Of a DNA stretch of 62,456 nucleotides, positions 45,239 to 52,380 are shown in pieces; position 1 is the first letter of the stretch, and each line of letters begins with the position of its first letter. The translations under genes were made by a program, and so were the position numbers. Source of the DNA: Agathobacter rectalis (GTDB lineage Bacteria; Actinomycetota; Coriobacteriia; Coriobacteriales; QAMH01); contig CAVAPV010000002.1 in the NCBI GenBank assembly GCA_963590525.1, positions 15,181 through 77,636 on the forward strand, given 5' to 3'. The notes below the pieces were generated by a model. The model did no database searches. It had not been told where the DNA came from and was given only the letters and a program-made list of their open reading frames with translations.

Positions 45239-46975
45239 TTATGCACCAGCGGTTGCAGTGATGTTTACATCGGCAAGCTTGATCCATCCGACTTTGTAGA
45301 CTTTGCCCCAGGCACCGTCATCGCTTTTCTTGGAGATGCACAAGGCATCGCCTTTCTTGAAGGTAGCCTTTGCTGCGGCAGAGTCAGACGTGTCGGCACG
45401 AGCTGTTACGCTACTGGCGGTGACGACGGCGTTTTGGTACTTGTCGCTCCATTTGCCGTAGAACGTCTTTTTGCCCGTGGCGCCCTTGGCGATGACAAAG
45501 GTGGGCGTGCCCGTGCAAGCCTTGTCTGAATACCAGCCCATAAACGCATAGCCAGACCTCGTGGGCAAAGGCAGCGCTACGCGCTTGGTGGTCTTGTAGC
45601 TTGTAGCGTAGGAGTCAGGCATGCTGCCCTTGGAAAGCTGATAAGCCAGTTTATAGCTTTTTGCCTTCCACTTGGCATACACCGTGATCGTCTGGTTCTT
45701 CTTGCCCGCAACGCTTGTAACCTTCGAGCTTGCGGCAAAGTCCTTGCTTGTATACCAGCCCTTGAAGGTGTAACCGCTCCTTGTGGGATCATTGAGCGCA
45801 AAAGCGCCCTTTGAGACTTTATAGCTCGTGACGTTTTTGGTGTTGTTGGTGCCGCCGTCGAGTTTGTAGTCGATCTTGTACTTGTTGGCTTTCCATTTGG
45901 CAACAAGCGTCACCGCGGGATAATCCGACGCAGAGATAGTCGTGACCTTAGTGCCGTTTGCATACCAACCCATGAAGGTATAGCCGGACTTTGTGGGCTT
46001 GGAAAGCGTGATGGTTTGAGAGTTTGAAGAGAATTTCTTGGGGTTGCTTGCGTTGTTAGTGCCACCGCCCAGATCGTATCTAATCTGGTTTCCGGGGATG
46101 GAGAGCTTCTTTGATAGCGTTTTAAAGCTATCGGCAAAGATGATGTTGGTGTCCACGCGGTTGATGCCGTTGACCGTGCCGTTGGACCAGCCCCTGCTCG
46201 TAAACTGCCATATATCCAGATAATCGCCGTAGTTCTTCATCGCGACGACCTTGCCCGAGTCATCACGGCAATACGTGCAGGCAGAGTTGTAGTTAGCAAC
46301 CCACTTGCTCAAACCGCTGGTGTCAAAGACATCGTTGGTGAGATAGCTCATGTACCAGTAAGCCCCAGCGTAGACACCCACCTTGAAGCCCTCTTTGTAC
46401 AAGGCGTTGCACCAAACGGCAGTCATGCGCGCAAGCATCTTGTTGCCAGGGCGGCAGCTTTCCTCTTCCAAATCGTAGTAGACGGGAAGCTCCACGTCGT
46501 CAGGCTCAAGACCGGCTTCTTTGAGGCAGCGGATGACGTGCTTTGCCTCACCATAAGCCTTGACCTCGTTATCTGCATAGGAATACAGGTAGACGCCTAT
46601 CTTGATGCCGTACTTCTTGGCGTACTTGGCATTGCGCAGCCATTGGTCATCGTCTTGAGACTCATAATCTTGACCATAACCGCAGCGGATGATCGCATAC
46701 TCTATGCCATCGGCTTTGAGCTTTTTCCACTTGACTTTGCCGTTGTGCTCGGAGACATCGACGCAGATGCCCTTGGAGCCGGATATGGACACCTTGAGGT
46801 TGCCACTGTAGAAGCGGTCTTGCCCGTAGGTATAGTGCCAAGTCGTGGGGCATCCGTCAGACGAGCCCCCAACAGCTATGGGCTCTGAGGTTTTTGCCAA
46901 CGCGCTGCCGGCGGCAGCAGTCGTCAAAGCAAGGGCAGCAGCGGTTGCAAGGCAGAGAATGCGTGTGCGTTTCAT
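45239..46975 (-). CDS. Secreted GH25 muramidase with Listeria/Bacteroides-type (Flg_new) repeats and a C-terminal SH3b-like domain
   Basis: Signal peptide. GICVDVSEHNGKVKWKKLKADGIEYAIIRCGYG (GH25). Four repeats of the type Y.L.GG......SGYTF.GWY. C-terminal GAWGKVYKVGWIKL. Confidence 0.85.
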   Translation of the reverse strand: MKRTRILCLATAAALALTTAAAGSALAKTSEPIAVGGSSDGCPTTWHYTYGQDRFYSGNLKVSISGSKGICVDVSEHNGKVKWKKLKADGIEYAIIRCGYGQDYESQDDDQWLRNAKYAKKYGIKIGVYLYSYADNEVKAYGEAKHVIRCLKEAGLEPDDVELPVYYDLEEESCRPGNKMLARMTAVWCNALYKEGFKVGVYAGAYWYMSYLTNDVFDTSGLSKWVANYNSACTYCRDDSGKVVAMKNYGDYLDIWQFTSRGWSNGTVNGINRVDTNIIFADSFKTLSKKLSIPGNQIRYDLGGGTNNASNPKKFSSNSQTITLSKPTKSGYTFMGWYANGTKVTTISASDYPAVTLVAKWKANKYKIDYKLDGGTNNTKNVTSYKVSKGAFALNDPTRSGYTFKGWYTSKDFAASSKVTSVAGKKNQTITVYAKWKAKSYKLAYQLSKGSMPDSYATSYKTTKRVALPLPTRSGYAFMGWYSDKACTGTPTFVIAKGATGKKTFYGKWSDKYQNAVVTASSVTARADTSDSAAAKATFKKGDALCISKKSDDGAWGKVYKVGWIKLADVNITATAGA

Positions 46976-47116
46976 GGGTGTGTTTTCTCCTACGTAAAGG
47001 CGCTTTGCGCAAGCAATGATAGCAAGGCATGAGACGCTCCTGCAAAATCATCAGCTTACGTCCACATATCTTAACCAGCCCTTGTTAAGGAGCCATGAGA
47101 ACGGCGGCGCTCTACG

Positions 47117-47428
47117 TCAGGCGCTATGCAAACCCTGCGTGTCGATGTTTCCGATATGACGGTTGGTATTGAGCGTAAAGGAGACTTTGTCGTCTGCGAC
47201 GATGGCAGGAGTGGTGACGATGACCTCTATGCCATCTGCATTCCAGATAGCCGCCGCCTTATCGCGCAGGCGCTTTGCAAGCATCCCCTTTGGCTCGTAA
47301 GCGAAGACCTCGCTTAGATGCCTGCCTCAATTGACACAGTCGATGATATCTACAGCGATAACATCTGCGCCTTTTGAGGCAAGATGCTCGCGAAGCTTTG
47401 GGTCTATGCAGACACGTGGGGCGTTCAC
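47117..47428 (-). CDS. Thioredoxin-fold selenoprotein candidate (C-V-N-U redox motif; TGA at 47327-47329 read as Sec)
   Basis: GTG at 47428 follows the rluD TAA directly, with GGAG 6 nt upstream. 33 sense codons, TGA, then 69 more in-frame sense codons. SECIS hairpin 10 nt after the TGA. SKGADVIAVDIIDCVNUG and GIEVIVTTPAIVADDKV mimic thioredoxin beta-CxxC and cis-Pro segments at the right spacing. selB is in the same window. Confidence 0.75.
47292..47326 (-). promoter_or_regulatory. Bacterial SECIS element
   Basis: UGA-GGCAGGCAUC-UAAGCGA-GGUCU-UCGCUUA: 7-bp perfect upper stem and GGUCU apical loop (G-U at +22/+23 from the U of UGA). Lower stem GGC/GCC with an internal loop. Confidence 0.75.
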
Positions 47429-48475
47429 TTAGCGCTCCGCCTGGTCAAAGGCTTGGCGGCCGTAATCGGTCATGCCCTCGCTGCGATCGGCGATCAAGCA
47501 CAAAACGTTTTCGAGGTCCCAAGGCAGCTCGTCGGCAAAGCTCATCTGCTCGCCGGTAATAGGATGCGTAAAGCTCAGCTTGCAGCTGTGCAGAAACTGC
47601 CTTGAAAGGCCCAGCTCAGTGCGTTGGGCGTTGTCGCGGTTGCGTGCCTTGACGTTGGCGGCGCGCCCGTAGACCGGGTCTCCAACAACGGGATGCCCGG
47701 TATAGGACATGTGCACGCGGATCTGATGCGTGCGCCCCGTGTAGAGCTTGCACTCCAGCAGGCTGTAGCCATCGTCGATACGGCTTGCCTCAAAGCGTTC
47801 GAGCACGTTGAAGGTAGTGATGGAGCTGCGGCTGCTTGCGTCGATGGTCACGGCCATGCGCGTGCGGTCGCGGTCATGGCGGCCAATCGGTGCATCGACC
47901 ATGCCGTTATCAGCGGCAAAGCTACCATGCACGAGCGTGCAATAGCGCCTATCCACCAAACGCAGCCGGATATCGTCTTGGAGCTTGGCCGCGGCAAGGT
48001 CCGTCTTGGCGGCAAGCATAAGCCCGCTTGTGTCGCGGTCGAGCCTGTGCACGATGCCGGGCCTGTCCTCGCCCTGTACAACGCCCAGGTTGGAGATACC
48101 GCAATGCGCGACAAGCGCGTTAGCCAGCGTGTCGTCGTAATGACCGCGCGCAGGATGGCATACAAGACCCGCCTGCTTGGACAAGACGATGATATGTTCA
48201 TCCTCATAGCGGATATCCAAGGGGATATCGTAGGCAGGCTTGATGGCCGCAGGCTCGCCGCTACGAGGCGGAACCTCTATGTGCAGCACATCGCCTGCCA
48301 AAACCAAGCGCTTCTTGGTTGCAGCTTGGTCGTTTACGAGGATGCGCCCGCTTTCTATCAGGCGCACGACGGCGCTGCGGCTGGCAATGGCCTCTATGCC
48401 CAAACCTGCCACCAAAGCGTCAAGGCGCGTACCCTGCTCCTCATCGGTAACGATATGCGTAAACGACTCTGTCAC
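47429..48475 (-). CDS. rluD: 23S rRNA pseudouridine synthase, RluD subfamily
   Basis: 348 aa. S4 N-domain plus HRLDRDTSGL and TGRTHQIRVH motifs. Confidence 0.92.
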   Translation of the reverse strand: MTESFTHIVTDEEQGTRLDALVAGLGIEAIASRSAVVRLIESGRILVNDQAATKKRLVLAGDVLHIEVPPRSGEPAAIKPAYDIPLDIRYEDEHIIVLSKQAGLVCHPARGHYDDTLANALVAHCGISNLGVVQGEDRPGIVHRLDRDTSGLMLAAKTDLAAAKLQDDIRLRLVDRRYCTLVHGSFAADNGMVDAPIGRHDRDRTRMAVTIDASSRSSITTFNVLERFEASRIDDGYSLLECKLYTGRTHQIRVHMSYTGHPVVGDPVYGRAANVKARNRDNAQRTELGLSRQFLHSCKLSFTHPITGEQMSFADELPWDLENVLCLIADRSEGMTDYGRQAFDQAER

Positions 48476-48523
48476 TGCTTAAATGCCCTTTGCTTGCCTG
48501 TATCCCGTCTGTTTGCCTTAACC

Positions 48524-49033
48524 TTACTTGTTGCGCGATGCGCCGTCTTTATCATCTTGGTCGAAGTCCATGAAAAACAAGACGTAGATGACAAAGAGCG
48601 CGACCCCGGTGCAAACGCAGATGTCGGCCACGTTGAAAACCGGAAAGTCGATAAAGGTCGTTGCGATCATATCGACGACATAACCGTCGCAGACGCGATC
48701 TATCACGTTGCCCACAGCCCCTGCCGCTATAAGCCCCAAGCCGACCACCTCGATGAGCTTGTGCTCTTTGATGATAACCAAGCTGGCGATAATCCCGGCA
48801 ACGATAACAGCAGCGAGCACGACGAAGACGGTTTGATGGCCCTGCCCTATGGAAAACGCCGCGCCCTCGTTGTGGACGAGCATCATCTTGACAAGCCCAA
48901 AATCGGGCCCGCCAACCGCATCGTTCAAGGTCAGGCTGTTTGCGGCCCAAACCTTGACGATGCGGTCCAAAGCGATGCCTGCCGCCGCAAGGACGGCAAA
49001 CAACGCAAGGCTAGTCTTGCGGTTCAAATGCAT
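48524..49033 (-). CDS. lspA: Lipoprotein signal peptidase (signal peptidase II)
   Basis: MHLNRKTSLALFAVLAAAGIALDRIVK... from the ATG at 49033 (overlaps the ileS 3' end by 23 nt). NEGAAFS and FNVADI motifs. Confidence 0.9.
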   Translation of the reverse strand: MHLNRKTSLALFAVLAAAGIALDRIVKVWAANSLTLNDAVGGPDFGLVKMMLVHNEGAAFSIGQGHQTVFVVLAAVIVAGIIASLVIIKEHKLIEVVGLGLIAAGAVGNVIDRVCDGYVVDMIATTFIDFPVFNVADICVCTGVALFVIYVLFFMDFDQDDKDGASRNK

Positions 49034-51851
49034 CGACAACCTCGTGGCAACGGGGGCAAAGACCGTCTGCCCCCAGATCGCGGACATTCCAGCAGCGCGG
49101 GCACTTGTCGCCAGCCGCAACGCTCACCGTAGCGGCAAGCTCGTCTGCTTCCTCCAAAGTGACCTTGGAGACGATGAAGAGCTCCGCCAAAGCCTCGCAG
49201 CCACGTGCGGTAAGCACAGCCAACTGGTCTGCGGGCGCACTGATGCAAACGGCCGCTTCTTGCGTCTTGGTGATGCCCAAGGCGGCCTTGTTGTCCTCCA
49301 TGGCCTTGGTTGCGGCGGCGCGGGCGCTCATAACGACCTCGAAGTCTGCGAGCAGCTGCTCGCGCTCTTGCGCATCGATCTGCGGCTTGAAGTCCTCTTG
49401 ACCAAACCAACCGGCCAGCTGCACGCTTGCGGCGTGGTCCTTGCCGCGCAAGCCCTGCGGGTAGTCCTCCCAGACCTCGTCTGCCGTAAAGGTGAGGATA
49501 GGTGCCAGCTGGCGCACCATGACCTCGAGCATGTTAGCCAGCACCGTTTGGGCGCTGCGGCGCTCGACGCTTTTTGCGGCATCGGAGTACAGGCGGTCTT
49601 TGACAGCGTCAAAGTACTCGGAGCTGATGGCCACGATGAAGTCGTACCAAGCGTGGTAGACGGTGTGGAAGCTGTAGTTGTCGTAGAAGGAGGTCACCTT
49701 GGCGGCAAGCTCCATCAAACGCGCAAGCGCCCACTTGTCCGTCTCGAGCATCTCGTCTGCGCTCACGTAATCATCGGCCGTGAAGTCGTAGAGGTTGGAG
49801 AGCAGGTAGCGGTATGTGTTGCGGATACGACGGTAGGCCTCGCTGGTGCGCTGCAAGATCTCGTCGCCGATGCAGACGTCTTGGCTGTAGTCGATAGACC
49901 CAACCCACAAACGCAAGACATCGGCACCCAAGGTAGAGGTGACATCTGCCGGGTCGACGGTGTTGCCCAGGCTCTTGGACATCTTTCGGCCGTCTTTATC
50001 CAAAGTAAAGCCGCAGCTGATGACGTTTTTATACGGCGGGATGCCGTAGGCTGCCACGCTTGTGAGCAGCGAGGACTGGAACCAGCCGCGGTGCTGATCG
50101 CTGCCCTCGAGGTAGACGTCTGCAGGGCGGCGCAGGTAATCGCGCGCCTCGCAAACGCTGGTGTGGCTCACGCCGCTCTCCCACCAAACGTCCAAAACGT
50201 CGTTTTCCGGCTTGATGCTGGCGATGCCGGCACCGCAATGGGGGCAGCAGGTATCTGCAGGCAGATACTCTGCAGGCTCGCAGCTGTACCAAGCATCCGC
50301 GCCCTTGGTCTTGAAGAGCTCGATGACGGCGTCAAAGGTGGACTCGGTTGCCACGGTCTCGCCGCAGGCATCGCACTTGAACACGGGGATGGGCACGCCC
50401 CAATAGCGTTGGCGGCTGATGCACCAATCCGGGCGGTCGGCCACCATGGCGCCGATGCGGTTGGAAGCCCAGTTGGGATACCACTTGACGTCGTTTTGGA
50501 TGGCGTCTGTTGCCTTAGCGCGCAGGCCGGTGTCGTCCATAGAGACAAACCACTGGGTGGTGGCACGGAAGATTACCGGCTCGTGGCAGCGCCAGCAGTG
50601 CGGGTAGCTGTGGTTGATATTGACATGCGCCACCAGCGTGCCCTGCTCGCGCAGATAATCGATGATCTGGGGATTGGCCTCGTCTGTGGTCAGGCCCTCC
50701 CAACGGCAGCTGCCGGCATAGAAGCGGCCCTCGTCGTCCACGGGCATCTTGATGTCCTTGATGCCGTGGGCCTGGCAGACCTTGTAGTCGTCAACGCCAT
50801 GGCCGGGAGCCGTATGGACAGCGCCGGTGCCGGCGTCGAGCGTGACATGCGTGCCGCAGATGACCACGCCGCACTCACCGTCGAGCACAGGATGAGCATA
50901 AGTGCAGCCCTCAAGCGCCGTGCCCTTGAAACGCAGGGTATCGCCATCGGCCTGCAAGAAGGCAAGCTCTCCCCAACCAGCCGTTTGGGCCAAAGCACCA
51001 GAGAGCTCCTCGGCCATGACCAAAAGCTGGCCGTCGACGATGGCGACCACGTAATCGGCATCGGGAGACAGGCTCACGGCTTGGTTAGCGGGAAGCGTCC
51101 ACGGCGTGGTAGTCCAGATGACCACAGCAGCGCGGGCATCGCCCAAACCGGCTGCTTGTGCAGAAGCAGCAAAGGCGGCAGGCATCTGCGTGAAGAAGAA
51201 CTTGACGTAGACGGAGGGGCTCACCTCGTCGCCGTACTCGATCTCTGCCTCGGCCAAAGCAGTATGGCAGTGGCTGCACCAGTGGATGGGCTTGCGGCCG
51301 CGGTACACGCTGCCGTCAAGATAGAGCTTCTTGAAGATCTGGATATTGCCGGCCTCGTACTCGGGCAGGTAGGTGAGATAGGGGTTGTTCCACTCGCCGC
51401 CCACGCCCAGGCGCACAAAACCCTTGCGCTGGCCGTCGAGCTGCTTGGTGGCATAGTCGCGGCAGATCTTGCGGAAGGTGGGCGTGTCGATCTTGGCCAT
51501 CTTCTCTTTGCCCAGCTGGTCTTCGACCTTGTTCTCTATAGGCAGGCCATGGCAGTCCCAGCCCGGCACGTACGGGGCAAAATAGCCGCGCATGGACTTG
51601 TACTTGACGATGATGTCTTTGAGGATCTTGTTGAAGGCATGGCCGATGTGGATGGGGCCGTTGGCATACGGCGGGCCGTCGTGCAAGATGAACGGCTCGT
51701 TGTCCTTGTTGGCCTCCAAGACCTTGGCGTAAAGATCCATCTCCTCCCACTTCTTGAGACGCTCGGGCTCGCGCTGGGGCAAGCCTGCCTTCATCTTGAA
51801 GGAGGTCTTGGGGAGGTTCATCGTGTTCTTGTAGTTTGGTTTGTCAGACAT
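49011..51851 (-). CDS. ileS: Isoleucine--tRNA ligase (type 1, C-terminal Zn finger)
   Basis: MSDKPNYKNTMNLPKTSFKMKAGL... from the ATG at 51851. HDGPPYANGPIHIGH, KMSKSLGN, C-terminal CPRCW...CPRCH. Confidence 0.95.
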   Translation of the reverse strand: MSDKPNYKNTMNLPKTSFKMKAGLPQREPERLKKWEEMDLYAKVLEANKDNEPFILHDGPPYANGPIHIGHAFNKILKDIIVKYKSMRGYFAPYVPGWDCHGLPIENKVEDQLGKEKMAKIDTPTFRKICRDYATKQLDGQRKGFVRLGVGGEWNNPYLTYLPEYEAGNIQIFKKLYLDGSVYRGRKPIHWCSHCHTALAEAEIEYGDEVSPSVYVKFFFTQMPAAFAASAQAAGLGDARAAVVIWTTTPWTLPANQAVSLSPDADYVVAIVDGQLLVMAEELSGALAQTAGWGELAFLQADGDTLRFKGTALEGCTYAHPVLDGECGVVICGTHVTLDAGTGAVHTAPGHGVDDYKVCQAHGIKDIKMPVDDEGRFYAGSCRWEGLTTDEANPQIIDYLREQGTLVAHVNINHSYPHCWRCHEPVIFRATTQWFVSMDDTGLRAKATDAIQNDVKWYPNWASNRIGAMVADRPDWCISRQRYWGVPIPVFKCDACGETVATESTFDAVIELFKTKGADAWYSCEPAEYLPADTCCPHCGAGIASIKPENDVLDVWWESGVSHTSVCEARDYLRRPADVYLEGSDQHRGWFQSSLLTSVAAYGIPPYKNVISCGFTLDKDGRKMSKSLGNTVDPADVTSTLGADVLRLWVGSIDYSQDVCIGDEILQRTSEAYRRIRNTYRYLLSNLYDFTADDYVSADEMLETDKWALARLMELAAKVTSFYDNYSFHTVYHAWYDFIVAISSEYFDAVKDRLYSDAAKSVERRSAQTVLANMLEVMVRQLAPILTFTADEVWEDYPQGLRGKDHAASVQLAGWFGQEDFKPQIDAQEREQLLADFEVVMSARAAATKAMEDNKAALGITKTQEAAVCISAPADQLAVLTARGCEALAELFIVSKVTLEEADELAATVSVAAGDKCPRCWNVRDLGADGLCPRCHEVVDAFEPQD

Positions 51852-52000
51852 TCTCTCAACCTTTTGCTGTATCGCGCTTGATTTGCTGCGGGCACGGCTG
51901 CCCATCAAACTCGTGCAAACCTATGTAGGGGCGTCCCGCTAGCCGTGCCTTGCAGCACAAGGTAGCGAAGCGTCCCTACACAGTTTGCGCAAGCAGATGG

Positions 52001-52032
52001 AAAGGGGCTGCACCAAGGCAGCCCCTCGCCTT
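52001..52032 (-). terminator. Hairpin terminator after the DUF3467 gene
   Basis: Minus strand AGGGGCTGC-cttggt-GCAGCCCCT followed by TTCCATCTGCTT (moderate U-tail). Confidence 0.55.
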
Positions 52033-52050
52033 CCCTCGGCAGGCCGTGTC

Positions 52051-52302
52051 CTACATGCCCTGCTCGAGGTGCTTGGCAATATGGTCGTTGAGGGTCTCGG
52101 CCAGGTGGGCAAGCTCGGTAGTGGGCATGATCACGCGGCTGACGAGATACGCGGGAACCTCGCCGTCGTCGGCGTTGGCATGGTCGACATAAAGAAAGTC
52201 GACGCGGCTCTCGGCGCCGGTGGTAGAGACGATAGATGCGTTGGCGTAGACGCCACCGAGCTTCTCGGGGGAAGCCTCAACGGAAAGCTGCATTTCTTCC
52301 AC
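52051..52302 (-). CDS. DUF3467-family protein
   Basis: MQLSVEASPEKLGGVYANASIVSTTGAESRVDFLYVD matches the DUF3467 pattern (G.YAN...E...DF). Start is the GTG at 52302 (AAAGGAA upstream) or the ATG at 52293. Confidence 0.7.
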   Translation of the reverse strand: MEEMQLSVEASPEKLGGVYANASIVSTTGAESRVDFLYVDHANADDGEVPAYLVSRVIMPTTELAHLAETLNDHIAKHLEQGM

Positions 52303-52380
52303 GGTCTGTTCCTTTCCAAAGGATTGTGTACAGATGCTCAAAATTGTACCGCAAAGCGCAAGCGCTTGGGTTGGCAAGCG

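Noticed and set aside
47126-47317. 63-aa plus-strand ORF, the only track ORF in the rluD-GH25 gap.
   Set aside because: It lies antisense to the much better supported Sec-containing minus-strand gene (SD, coupling to rluD, CxxU, SECIS, thioredoxin-like layout). It has no SD and no recognisable features.
51852-52050. T-box riboswitch upstream of ileS.
   Set aside because: I could not locate the conserved T-box sequence or a specifier loop by eye. I therefore report the region only as a structured leader (see findings) rather than as a T-box feature.
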